Origin: Felis catus
Taxonomy: Eukaryota
Length of the DNA stretch: 64,000 nt
Reading direction: 5' to 3'
Assembly: GCF_018350175.1 (NCBI RefSeq)
Contig: NC_058369.1
Span: 1,490,001-1,554,000 of the forward strand
Shown in pieces: positions 10,658 through 23,100 of the stretch. The translations under genes were made by a program, and so were the position numbers. The notes below the pieces were generated by a model. That model made no database searches, was not told the DNA's origin, and saw only the letters and a list, made by a program, of their open reading frames with translations. Positions within the stretch are counted from its first letter, which is position 1; each line of letters begins with the position of its first letter.

Positions 10658-13339
10658 CGTGTGGTCTTGAAGAGGTGGGCGGAGGTCCCCGCGGAGCTGT
10701 GGGCCTCCTTCCAGGGGCTGGGGAGAGCAAGCGGCCGAGCTCCCCACGGGGTGCCTCAGCACCAGCTCACGGGTGGGGGGGCCCACGGGGAGGGGCCCTG
10801 AGATCTGCCCATCATGGTGGGACCTGGGCAATTGCAGAGCCCTCCCCCCACCCCCAAACTGTCCGGGGACTAATTTGCCATCAAGCTCTGAGGCCAAGGA
10901 GGAGGAGAGTGTGGCTGGGGTACCCGCGCCCCTCCGCTGGGACAGAGGCGGCCTGGCCAGGCCCCCAGAACCTTCCACCCACCTCCTCTGTTCTGAGTGA
11001 GCCTGCTCCCCGTCCAGGCCACAGGAGACACATCCTCCCACCCCTGCCAGGCCAGGGGATGCTGAGGACTGCCTAGGGCAAGGCCGGGCAAGGTCCCCCT
11101 GGAGGCCACAGCTGAACCCATGGGGCAGCCGCGGGGGGGCGGTGGAGACGGTGGAAGCTGGCAGCAGGAACCCCCCTGCCCCCCCCCCCACACACAATGG
11201 GGGCAGGAGGGAGCACGGGGAGTTTGCTTTGGCAGGGTCTAGAAACGTCCCCCACTTAAGCTTCTAGACAGACTCGGAAGGTGGGGGCCCAGCCGCAGCA
11301 GCACCCGGCCCTCTGAGGCCCTGCTTTTGGGGACACACGGCCGACCCCCCCTCTGCCGTTTGGTGAGCCGTGCGTCCTAGATCCACACCCTCCTGGGGCT
11401 TTCATCCATGACAATTCATTAAGCTCTAATTAGTCTCCCGTCTGCCGACAGTCCCTTAACCCCTTGGGGGCTGGGGGCCTCCCGACCCACTTTCCTTACA
11501 GCCTGTGCACGAGCACTGTCAACTGCCCTCTACAGGTGAGGCCTCTAGATCGGAACTACTTTTTGAAATGCTCACCAGAGACCGCGGCCGCTCACCCGCC
11601 AGCCCAGCCGCGAGGGTGGCAGTAATGAAGCCCATTCGGAGAAAAGGAGACTGAGGGTCAGAGTGATCCCCGGCGCATCTAGCCTCACTAAGCTTAAGAG
11701 TCAACGTCTGGACATGCCAGCTCCTTTCCGTTAAGGGCGAGAGCCCCGCTGGAGGGCAGAGGACGCTCTTCTGAGGCCCGGGACTGACACGGGAAGACGA
11801 CGACGGCTCACTCAGGCCCACCTGGGGCGAGCTTTGCCTGGAGAGTTCCCCGAGAAGCTGTCTACCTGGTGACGAGGTGGTGACTCAGGGGTGCCCAGGA
11901 ATGACAGCACTGTGGGAAGAGCAGTCGGGCTGCTGGCTCACATCTGCCTTCCGTGCCCACTCAGCGAGGCACCTTCAGATCCCGGGCTCCGCCTGGGGGC
12001 GGCTAGGAGCCACCCCCATTGTACAGAAGAGCACACTGAGGCTGAGCAGACACCAGGCAGAGCTGTGGGGGCCCAGCAGCCACCGGGCCCGGCGCGCACC
12101 CGTCCGTTAGGTCAGCCTCAGAGCTGGAGCTCAGAGAGGGGCCATCCTATGCCGGAAGTCACCAGACGGGACGGGGAACGGAAGGAAAGCCCGGGTGCGG
12201 GAGGCTGGCTCCGGCCCTTCCGAACCCCCGTCCCGGGGCTGGGCCGTCACCCCGTGCCGTCCAGGTGGAGTGCAGGACGTCTCTGGGGTCTCCCAGTTCA
12301 CAACCTGCCCCAGACGGCAGCTGCTTTGGCTCAGAGGTGCCCGTAGCGCGCCTCGGCCGATACTCCTGACACAGACAAGCCCCTCCTTGCCCACCGCCTC
12401 ATCCACACTGAGACCCTGTGTCCTCTGCCTTCTGTCCCTCAAATACCACGCTCTTTGCAGCCTTCACACCCCGTCCAGGGAGGCCTCCTGGGTTGCTCCG
12501 GGTCTCACAGCCCTGCCGGTCCAGAGGTCCCCTCACCCATCAAGTCCCAGATGGTCCCTCGGCCTGATGTCACGTCACACCAGACACCCCCTTCCTACCC
12601 CCTGCCAGAAGCAAGAGGTTCTCAACCACCTCCGTGCACACATGGGTCCACCAGGGGGTCGCTTGTTCGTAATGCAGCGTCGGGGCCCGAACCTCAGACC
12701 TGGGGGGCTGCGGTGCCTGGGTCTTTCGCGCCCAGAGCACGCTTTGAGGAAACCAGTTATTAAAGCGGTTTGCAAGTAAGGACCGGGTCTTTTCTTGGGC
12801 CCAGACCGAGGCACAGGGCACTGTCCCCCCTCGCCCCAACTTGTTGAATAGGGCTCACCGGCCAGGCCCCACGGCCCAGGGGGCACCCAGGCCCAAACTC
12901 AGGGGATAGGAAGAAGCTTTCTGCCCCATCCTTGGTGTTGTCTGGACACAGGCCCACAGCGCAGAGGGCTCAGCCCTGCACCCCCAAATGCCTCCCCGCC
13001 GGGCTGAGCTGTCCCCAGCCCAAGAGAGGGCGCCTGTCTGGTGTGGACCCCAAACGCCCCCTTCTCTGTCCTGGCATCTCGGCACCTCCAGGCTGGCCCA
13101 GACCTCGCTGCAGGGGTGAAGCCCCTATCCCCGCCGTCTTCCAACAGCACCCCCCACCCCCACCCCAGGACCCTGCCAGTGCTCCCTTCTTCCCCCCTGG
13201 AAGGGAGCGCATCCTTCCTGGTGTCCTCGCCGCCCCAGAGAGACGCCCACCCGACTCCGCGCTCCTCAGCGCCCCAGGGGAGGGACGAGGGGACCCCAGC
13301 GTGGGGAGTGGCCCCCAAAGTTTCCAGGGGGAGCGCCGG

Positions 13340-13900
13340 GGGTCTGGCGGGGAGCGATGCGCCCAGGAGGGGCGGCGCAGGGCGAGTGCCCCGGGGCGAG
13401 GACGGGGGCGCGCGGGGGTGGGGGGGGGCTGCGGGGCGCGGGCGGAGCGGGGTCGCCGGCCCGCGCGGCCACTCACCTGGGCGGCTCCGCCGCGGACACG
13501 GCGCGGGCTGCGGCGCGAGGGCCGCCCGGAGCCGACACGAGCCGCCGCCGCCGCCGCCGCCTCCCGGGCCGCCGTGCGCGCCCCCGCCGCGCGCGCCCGC
13601 CGCTCTCCCCGGCTGGCGGGGCGGGGGCGCGCGGGGCTGCGCCGGGCCGTGCGCGCCGCCCGCTCGCGGGGTGCACGGCGCCGGGGCCGCAGGTGTGCGG
13701 GGTGCGCGGGGCCACGTGCGCGCAGGTGCCAGGACGCGCGCCGGGGCGCAGGGCGGGGACGCGAGCAGGCCTCGGGGCGCGTGCGGTCAGTGTGCGCGCT
13801 GCCCGCCTTGGCGCCAGTCCGAGGACCCCTGGAGCCGTGGCCCCGGTGGCGCAGGAAACGCAGGGGCGCCCCGGCTGGGCCGCTCGGGGACCTGCCCCCT
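13340..13900 (-). promoter_or_regulatory. LINGO3: CpG island: LINGO3 promoter and non-coding exon 1
   Basis: Very dense CpG/GC tract with a (GCC)n run at 13541-13560. Consensus minus-strand donor CCAG|GTGAGT (exon ends 13477) pairs with the acceptor at 2934, giving a ~10.5-kb intron. Confidence 0.75.
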
Positions 13901-16283
13901 CCTCGAGGCCTCCTCCTCCGTCCGGGCCTCCGCCACCTGGCACGTGTCACCTGCCCCAGCCTCTTCCGCTCAAGCCGGCTCCCCACATGGGCCCCAGAGT
14001 TAACCGAACCACTGTGCTCCAGAACCGACCGTGGCTCCTTATTGCCCTCAGGATCGTGTCTGAACTGAGGGTGTGTTTCTGGATCCGCGGCACCCCCTTT
14101 CTTCCCACCCTCCCCTTCCTGCTCTTCCTCAAGCACCCGAGCTGCTGCCAGCCTCAGGGCCTCTGCATTTGCTGTTCCCTCTGCCTGCAATGCCGTTCCC
14201 TTCATCCTTCCTTTGGCTGGTCTGCAGTCACCTGTGTGCGTCTGAGTCCGAGGGCTCTCCCACCGACACCCTCGGCCTGGCGGAGGCAGCGTGCTCAGAG
14301 CCTTTCACTGTCACTACCGCGAACAGTTTGGGGACCAGTGGGTGCCCCTGTGCTTGGGAGCCTCAGGGTAGGAGGGGGCCCTCCCTGCCTGATGAGAGGG
14401 GTCTTTTCAGAACACACTCCAGAACCAGGGAGCGTCAGGGTGAAGACTCCCAGGCTGGGGTCCCGTGGCTCCCCCTTGCAAGCGGGACAGGGTGGAAGTA
14501 GGACAAGGAGTGGGGTGTTTTAGCCTCCGGGACCGGCCTGCCCCATTCGGAGGGCTCGCTCCCTGGGAGGTGGACATCTCTGCAGATCGGGGGCCCCGGG
14601 GGCAGAGGACGGGGTTGGGGGCGTCCTCTTCCCCATCTGGCTAATAACGCCAGCGCCCAGCTCATTTCAATCGTAGGCCCTTTGCTATTTGCTGCGCTCG
14701 CTGTCCCAAGGTGGACCCTTCTACCATCCCCATTTCCCAGAGGAGCAAAGTGAGGCTCAGAGACGGCACCCCCAGCCCTCCCTGCCCTCTGCATCCACCC
14801 AGCTGCTTGGTGTCAGCTCAGCCACCTGTGACTCAAGCAGGCTCCGTTCCCAGACTGTCGCGTTGGCTGGAGGCCCAGAAACCGCATCTCAGGAGGCTGC
14901 AGGCCAGGCCCCCCCCCCCCCCGCCACAGGACGGGGGGTGGGGGGATGGCTCCCTTCCTGGCCACAGAGAGGTCCGGAAGGGGGATGTGGGCGGCCGTCC
15001 CTCCTGGTTCCCCACCCCCGTGACCAGCCTAGAGCACTGCACAGAGGAGTCATCACCGCGTATGTGCTGTGTGACCTCGGGGAGGTCACTTCCCTTCTCT
15101 GAGCTTCTGTGTCTCCCTTTGATGCCTGCTTCTCCTGATACCTGCTTCTCAGTGCTCTTGGCGGAATGCATTCCTGAGCACCTATTGTATACCAGGCAAA
15201 GTGCTGGAGGGAGGAGACCCTCAGAGAAACGAGGGGGCTCACCAAGGCTGGCGGGGGAAGCGGAGTCACGGAATAGTCATGAAGCAGGGTGGAAATATCA
15301 GCAGAGACACCCAGTGCCCAACCCGGGCGGGGGACAGGGACGCTTCCCCGAGGAAGGGCACTGGATATGAGTCCAGCAGGCTGAGAGGTGACCTGGAGTG
15401 GGGGCCAGGCTTCCAGTCTAGATCCTGCCACCACTGCCTGGCGATGGGGCTGTGGGAGACGCCCCTCCAGCCTCAGTTTCCACACCTGTAACGCGGGAGT
15501 CAGAACAGTCCCCATCTTCTAGACCCGCACAGACGCCACTCCCGACGACAGAGGGCACACCAGGGTGCTGGCTGCTCTGCCCGGTGTGTGGGCACTGCTC
15601 CCAAGCCTGGCTGAAGGGCAGGGGCAGGCCTCGCCCACACGCAGCTCAGGACCTTTGCACGGCTGCTCCTCTGCCTGCACCACCCTTCCCCTGACTTCCC
15701 CTCCTGCTTCCCTGCCCCTGACTCACGGCTCCACCGGTTCCCTCCTCCTGGGCGCTCTCCCCAGCTAAGATTCTCTGCAATTTCCTGATTTAATCCTGTT
15801 TCCCTGTGGCTCCAGTGTGCCACAGCAGGCATCCAGCCGATCCTGGTTGAATGACTGAGTGACCCAGTGACGTTGAGGGAACCCCAGAGGTGGGGATTCT
15901 GAGCAGGGAAGCGGCACCCTGGTTTTCCTCTAAGTACCGCTCCCCAAAGCCGCTGCCTGTCTTCCCCTTTCTGTCCTTGGCCAGCATCTCCCCACTTGCT
16001 GTCCCAAGGGAGTGCCTGCCGAGGGCAGGGACCACGCCTGTCTCGCAGGCTGCCATGTCCCAGAGGACCTAGTAGGTGCTCAGCAAACAGCTAGAACGTG
16101 CACGTTGGAGTGCGCTGCTCTGATGCGTCCAGCAGTATGACGGAGGGGGGTTCAGCCACCCTGGTGGCCTCTCCGGGCCCAGCATCCCCAGCAAGATGCC
16201 ACCATAGGGGTGTGGGGACTGTGGAAAGGGGGTCAAGCGTCCCAGGTGGCGGGGGTGCCACCTGGTTGCCAAGGTTACGACCA

Positions 16284-16287
<4 letters not shown>

Positions 16288-16317
<30 letters not shown>
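16288..16317 (+). repeat. (TG)15 microsatellite
   Basis: Read directly. Confidence 0.95.
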
Positions 16318-16320
<3 letters not shown>

Positions 16321-16831
16321 GGGATGTTGCCATGGTGATGGACCACCCAGGAGGAGAGCACAGCTCCAGATGGGGAAGCCATGAGAGGGGCTGGGGAGCA
16401 GGGAGGTGGCCACCTGCCCGGGGGGTGTGCCCCTCTGGGTGGGGGTGTGCCTGGGCCACGGGCTTTTCCCCTCTTGTGCCCTCACGCCTGGAAAAGCCAG
16501 CAGGAGCCCTTAGGCGGCCGTAATTATTTCTAAAATCAGAAGCCCTCCTCCTCTTGCCCTCTCTCTGCAGTGCAAAGTGCAGGGTTGGCAGTCACGGCCA
16601 GTGGACGGAGGCTGTGGGGACAGGTGGCCTGGGAACCGCAGGTGTGGCCCCAGACAAGTGGCTTCCTCTCTGTAACTGGGAGTGGAATCATCAAACGTGC
16701 AGTGATCGAAGCCTTGGGCTCCGGTTCCAGATCCCTGGGGTCTTGCTGGGTCCCTGCTGGGCGACCTTGAGCTAACCTCTCTGGGCCCCAGTAGCCTCAT
16801 CTGCAACATGGGGATAATAGCAGCGAATCCT

Positions 16832-17018
16832 GGGGGCGGAGCATCCGGCTCTCGGTTTCGGCTCAGGTCATGATCTCGTGCACGGTTTGTGGATTCGAGC
16901 CCCGCATCGGGCTCTGCGCAGACGGTGCAGAGCCTGCTTGGGATTCTCTCGCTCTCTCCCCCTCTCTCTGTCCACTCCCTCTCTCAAAATAAGTGAATAA
17001 ACTTAAAGAAAAAAAAAG
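16832..17018 (+). mobile_element. Carnivore SINE
   Basis: ctcaggtcatgatctc...gagcctgcttgggattctctc...A-tail. Confidence 0.88.
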
Positions 17019-17439
17019 TAGCAACAGCGAATCCCTCTCGACTGTCAGAGGTTGTTGGTTATTATTTACTGAGTCAACACTTCCTCGCACTGTGCGTGGT
17101 GCCCTTGGGATACGGGGTCCCCAAACACAGGTTCCGCCATCGGGCTGGGGAAACCAGGGGGCCCCAAATCCAGGCTACCAGGCAAATGTCATGTCAAAGG
17201 ACAAGTTCCGTGGGCCCGAGGGCGGCAGAGGCCAGTGGGGAGTCCAGAGTCTAGCCCTGCTGCTCTGTGGCCTTCATGCCTCGGCATCCATTTTGTTCGG
17301 CCAAGTGGCCTGCGGGGGGGCCTAGAACTGGTCCCTCAGGCGGGCATGCGCCCTGGAGAGCAGCATCTGGGACACAAGGAAGTACGAGCCCCCCCCCCCG
17401 GCCCCCACAACTGCCCTGGGACATGCCCCCCCCCCGGGC

Positions 17440-17720
17440 CTCCCTGTGGGGGCCCCTTAGATAAGCCCCCCCCCCACGGAGCTTGCCAAACCCCTGCTCT
17501 TTCTTGGTTGAAGTGACCAAACCAGCTTTAGTGCAGGGACCCCAAAACACTCCACCCACGGACCCTAGTAAAGTCTCGTGTGGGTCCTGCTCCCGGCCAG
17601 GCTCTCCCAGGCCCCGTACCGCCCACGGGTCCTGTGAGGAATAAACGTCTCTGTTTCAATTCCTTGGTGGTCTTTTGTGGAACCAGGCTCGCCATCCAGA
17701 ACCCTGGGGCTCTCCTTGAT
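17440..17720 (+). mobile_element. Probable ERV solo-LTR fragment
   Basis: LTR-like U3/R layout with AATAAA at about 17640 followed by T-rich tctctgtttcaattccttgg. Family not recognised. Confidence 0.35.
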
Positions 17721-17807
17721 GCTGTTTTAACAGGGTCACAACAAGGGACAGTGAGCCGGAAACCCAGGAGCAGTGGGGCAACAAAAGGGGGATGTGGAGG
17801 GGCACTC

Positions 17808-17913
17808 GGGGGTGCCCGGAAGAGTGGGAGACTCTTGATCTCGGTCGGGGCTGTGAGTTCGAGCCCCATGTTGGGTGTGGAGATTACTTAAATACATAAA
17901 ATCTTAAAAAAAA
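17808..17913 (+). mobile_element. Short carnivore SINE
   Basis: gactcttgatctc...gtgagttcgagccccatgttgggtgtggagattactta followed by an A-tail. Confidence 0.8.
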
Positions 17914-17921
17914 CAGAGCCA

Positions 17922-18131
17922 GGGGCACCTGGGGGGCTCAGTCGGTTAAGCATCTGACTTCAGCTCGGGTGACGATCTCGTGGTTCCTGGGTTTGAGCCC
18001 CGTGTCGGGCTCTGTGCTGACGGCTCAGAGCCTGGAGCCTGTTTCAGATTCTGTGTCTCCTTCTCTGTCTGCCCCTCCCCAGCTCATGCTCACCCTCTCT
18101 CTGTCAAAAATAAATACATTAAAAAAAAAAA
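17922..18131 (+). mobile_element. Carnivore SINE (SINEC_Fc-like)
   Basis: ggggcacctggggggctcagtcggttaag head, CT-rich body, A-tail. Confidence 0.92.
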
Positions 18132-19632
18132 TTTTTTTTTAAACAACTTTAGAAAAAAAAAAAGGAAAATGCTTCTCCACATTTGTGACGCGGCTTGGCC
18201 CCAACATAAGCCGGAGGGCGGGAAGCCTGGCGGGAAAATGGGTCTTAACCACACCACAGGTTCACCTCTTCCGTAAGAGACCAGAAATGGACGGAGACCC
18301 CCTACGCCCCGGCCTTCACGGCCCTCTGGAGCCATCTGACAAGTGCAAGGCGCACGTGGCCGGACGGGGTCCTCTGGCTCGTGGCTCCAGGGAGGGATTT
18401 CTGTCTGTAGCGCCCCTCGGGGAACGACCCAGGAGCCACGGAGATGCCCCCTCGCCTCGGGCCCGGCGCCTGCCAACCCGTCCGTCCTCCGTCACCACAG
18501 CCAAATCAGAAGGAGCTTCCCTGCCCGCTACGATGCCCTGGGCGCTGGGTCGTCTGTCTGATGACCCTGATGGATTTACGGGGGGGGATCTGTGAGCTGA
18601 CTCAGACGGGTGACCTCAGCTGGGAGGACCGCGTGGTCCTCCTCACTTTCTGCTGTAACACCGAGCACACCCCCGGCGACCGGGACTGGCCCTCAGGGAC
18701 CACATGGCACTGTGGTGTCACCAAGCCAGCGAACTGTGACAGGAGCAGGGACATCCTGCCCTCTTCCGATCGCGCAGGAGGGCTGTGGGAATCCACGATG
18801 TGGACCCAGACACTGGGCAGGGCAGTCAGTCCTGGGGTCCGGTTCGTAGGCCAGTCAGCCCCAGAAACCGTAAGAAGCTCCAACACGTGGCTGCGGGGCC
18901 CAGACAGCAGCTAATCACCATGGGGTGCGGCCTTCTCGGTCTTCAGCAGGCCGGCCAGGCTTCGACTGCCGCCCTCACAGCCGGCGACCCACCTCGGGGC
19001 CACCCGAACCCACCCCAAATAAGACCACAAGGCGAGGGAGCCCATTTCCCCCGTGGTGGTCTGAGCCACTGGGGCCACGCGTGCCCCCGGCACCCACCTC
19101 CTCCAGCGCCGTGTCCCCTGCGTAAACAGGGAGGACACTGGAAGAGGGAACCCGTGGGTCCAAAGGGAGCCGGGGTCCCACCTCTTACCAGTCACGGCCG
19201 TGGCTGATTGACCGGCCCCGAGCTCCCTGGAGGCCCCCCAGGAGGCCGTCACCATCCTGGGGGAGGAACCACAGGTGGCCCCAGAAGTGGCAGGTAAGCC
19301 TATTCGGTTTCCTGTCCACGCGAGAGCCACTTCTCCCCTGATTCCCACTGGGGGCCCCTAGCTTCTGGAGCTGCCCCGTTGTCGGGGTGGAGGGAGGGCC
19401 CAAATCAAAGTATTTACTCAGCCCCCATCTCGTCTGCGGGGAAGTCACCCGCGGCTCGCAGACGGCGGGTCCTGCCGGAACGTCCACGCCCGCTCTTGGG
19501 AGGAGGCTTTCCGTCTACCCTGGGTGCTACTCTTGGCCTCTTCCTGGCTCGGGAGGTCCCATCTTGCGCCATTTCCCGCAGGCATGGGATCGGGTTAATC
19601 CCCACGTGTGGGACAAGGGGACCCCAGGAGGA

Positions 19633-19754
19633 GCTATGTTTGTAAATCCGATAGAAAGTGCTTTAAAGGACAAGAGTAATGACCCCTGCAGGTGCTATGT
19701 TTGTAAATCCGATAGAAAGTGCTTTAAAGGACAAGAGTAATGACCCCTGCAGGT
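19633..19754. repeat. Perfect 61-bp tandem duplication
   Basis: gctatgtttgtaaatccgatagaaagtgctttaaaggacaagagtaatgacccctgcaggt occurs twice (19633-19693 and 19694-19754). Confidence 0.95.
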
Positions 19755-19899
19755 GCCAGCACCCCATTAAACCTGAAGCGGGTGAGGCCTCCAGCCCTCA
19801 ACAGACACGATCTTAAATCACGGCCTCCTGGTGCTGTGCTCCCTTTGGGCCCCCTGCCCCGTGTCAACCCCATTGTGCCTCATCCCTGCACTGTCTTCT

Positions 19900-19922
19900 G
19901 TTTTCATGTCGATTTATTTATC

Positions 19923-19957
<35 letters not shown>

Positions 19958-20122
19958 ACAAGCAGGGGAGGGGCAGAGCGAGGGGGAGACACAGAACGCG
20001 AGGCAGGCTCCAGGCTCCGAGCTGTCAGCACAGAGCCCGACGCGGGGCTCGAACTCACGGACCGTGAGATCATGAGCTGAGCCGAAGTCGGACGCCCAAC
20101 CGACTGAGCCCCCCAGGCGCCT
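19900..20122 (-). mobile_element. Carnivore SINE (SINEC_Fc-like)
   Basis: (GA)n tract and SINE body. TSD catccctgcactgtct at 19881-19896 and 20123-20138. Confidence 0.92.
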
Positions 20123-23100
20123 CATCCCTGCACTGTCTCACCCCTGACCCCGGAAGGCACCGCCTGGCTCACGGTCCCACGTCTCCAAGCCGCTTTCTTC
20201 TGCGCGCTTACGTCTGGAATCTCAGAACGCTTGCCTTTGAAGGGAGCGACATCCACCCACCAGTGTGACTCAGCATTACACCCGCAGTCCTGCCCTGGGC
20301 TTCAGGGACAGTCCCCACCTGTCTGGCGACGCTCCTGCCAGACGGCTCAGGAAGCTTGCTTGCCATGTGTGGGTGACGCGCTCCCCCGTAGCTCCTTCCA
20401 GGAAGGACCGGCGTCCTGTCGCCGCAAGGGTGTGGAGTGGCCCCAACAGAGGCCCACGCGAGGACACTCGGGACACGTCCGAACCCCGGGAAGGCGGGCC
20501 CTTTCCGTAAGCACAAGGAAGCCATACCGTGCAGAGGCGAGATGTTTCTAGGATGGTGTGTTTTGCGGAATCCGGATTCCGGAGTTCGGGCTCACGGCCA
20601 AACCCCTGCCCCAGGTTTTAAAAGGCCCGGACACCGACCCGCTTGCACGGAAGGGAGAGCCACAGCTCAGAGCCTGCTCGCAACAGCCCCCACGCTGGGG
20701 ACGCCCAACCTTGAAAAGTGCTTCACCTTACTTGTGGCCGAAAGGCAAGGGGTGACTCTGGGGGCACCTACTCAAGCCCGGGGGCCGCCCCGCGACCCAC
20801 AGCCTTTCTTTCGAAACACTCGGACACCCAAGGGCGGTGGCCGCCGCTGTGCTCTCCGAGGGAGAAGCCATCAAGGCGGCGTCGGGTCACATCCTTGGGG
20901 CTCAGACTCCAGCAGGTACAGGGAGTCCGGAGACCACGGGACAGCGACGGCAGCCAGAGGATGCTTCCCCGAAGGTCAGGCCCCAGGGCTGGACTCTCAG
21001 GAAGTAAGTCAAAGTGTGCTAGATCCTTGAGCCCCCCGCTGCCCTCCTGCCGCGGGGGGTGACAGGCGCCCGGCCCTGGCACAGCAGGCCAGGCCTGAGA
21101 GGCCAACTCTAGGCGACCGGGACGGCAGCTGGCTCACCGCTGGCGGCTATTCCGTGTAAGAGGCCCCCCTCTGCCAGGTTCTGGAGGCGGGGGCCCTACG
21201 CCCAGCACCACAGCGCAGACTTACTCCCCGGAGCAGAGCCCCGAGAGTAGGGGGCCCCAAAGTTAACAGGTGCCGGACTGTCAGCAGACCCTCCTCGTCC
21301 ACGCGCCCACGCGGCCAGCTGCAAGGAGGGGGCCTCTCAACTGCCAAGGACGCCCCCCACACCACCCCGCAGAGGCCCACATCTCCAGCAAGTGGCCCAT
21401 GCGTCCGGGCCGCGGATAAGTTCCGAGGAAGGACCCCAGGTCCTAAACCCCCACCTGCCTCTGCCTCCTCCCGGGGGGCTCCTTGGACTCCTCATGGCCC
21501 ACCCTCCTCCCGGACCCCTAGCGACCGCACACCCCATTCTGATGTCGGACCCCGGGGCCTCAAGTTACTAACACACTTATTTCCTCTCGCCGCAGCAACC
21601 CCGAAAGAAACCCCGAAACTGAGTGAGCCACCCCTTGTCCTGCTCCCCGCTGTCCCTCCGGGTCTCCTAAAACCTAGAGAGAGGGGACCTCCGGGGCCTT
21701 CAGGCAGGTCAGCGTCCCAACCCCGCACGCGGTCGTGAGGGAAGACGGGCCATCACCCATTCTTTTAAAAGATTTTAAGGTTTCCTTGGCGGGCAGCGTT
21801 AAAATAGGCAGCTAGTTGGGTTGTAAGAGGACCTGTGCAGGCCAGCAGAGGGGGGGTTGGGGCCCACTCTCGGGAGATCGGAGGCCGGTCCCGGCAGCAC
21901 CCGGCAAATGAGAGCCGCAGGCAGCGGGATCAAACCCCCGCCCACGACAAAGAAGGCGGGAGACCCTGACCGAGGAAGGCAGAAGAGGCGCAAACCCCCC
22001 TCCCCAAATTCCCTTCCCCCGGTAATAACATTCCGCGTCCTTGTTAACAACCGTCGGTGACAGACAGACCCTCACATGGCGTGGGGGGGTAGCGCGCTCG
22101 CTCTAATGCACTCCCACGGGCTTGGCTGAAACACGGTGTGCCCGTCCGTCCTTGAATGTTTCTTGTGAGGAGACCGAGAGCCTCCAGCGACACCTTTTGG
22201 TCAGGTTGGGTTGAGGCCTCGAGCCCCGGGGTCTCCCCCGTCTCCCTGGCAACAGCCGGGAGGCGGTGGGTGGCGGTGGGGGGACCTGTTCCTGCGGAGG
22301 GAGGGAGGGACGTGGGGGCAGCAGGAGGCGGGGAGGGGGGCGGGCCCGGGGGGCTGTCCTCGCTCACACCCTGAGCTCAAGCCAGCAGCCCCTGGATGCA
22401 GGAACCGGCCCCCTGTACCTGCAGACTTGCCTGACAAAAGCCTCTTACGTCCGCGTCCTCCACTGGGCCCTCCCCCGTTTCCCTGGCCAGGAGGCCTGTG
22501 GTGACAGTCTGGGCGCCCTGGGGGCTCTGGGATCTGCAACAGAGGGTCCCAAGCTACTGGGCAGCATCGGGTCCTTTTGTCGGTGCTCGGAGGCCGCAGT
22601 GAGGTCTTCCGCTGGCTGCTGGCGGCAGGAACAGGCCTGCAGGGTACGAATGAGGACTGGCTCCCTCCCGGCCCCTGGCCAGGGGGTGGGGCAGGTGGTG
22701 ATTCCCCTTCTCTGTGCCCACCCCACCTATGCCACCCATCTAGCTTTGGGCCTCAGGGACGGGCAGTGGGCCTCGGTGGCTTTAGAGCACAGGAAGGGTA
22801 GGGGAGAGGGTGCGGGGGGCAGCCTGCCATCCGAGCTGGCATCCCTGCCATCTGGGCCTCAGTTTCCTCATCTGTAAGCGGGGTGATGAAGGGGCTTGGG
22901 GGGGTGGCGGGGGGCGCTAAGTGGACCAGAAGGTGTAACCTGTCACCAGAGCTACCCGGGGCACAAAGGCAGCTGGGGTGGGGAGGGGCGGGGCTGACCG
23001 TGGGCAACGTGAAGATCCGGTCCACCTTCGGAAGGCTCCAGAATCTGCCATGGGGGGGTGTCCGGGGGCTCTCTGGCCGGTCTGGGCTCAAGCCGGGGTC

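Noticed and set aside
12932..14523. Several 320-411-aa ORFs on both strands
   Set aside because: Arg/Gly/Pro/Ala-rich products of a stop-poor CpG island (the LINGO3 promoter).
19633..19754. Direct repeats as a possible CRISPR-like array
   Set aside because: Eukaryotic locus; two abutting copies with no spacer.
22228..22490. Similar 26-mers CTGGCCAGGGAAACGGGGGAGGGCCC and GTTGCCAGGGAGACGGGGGAGACCCC (minus strand)
   Set aside because: Short and G-rich, and read in different frames in the gene model; cannot be distinguished from chance.
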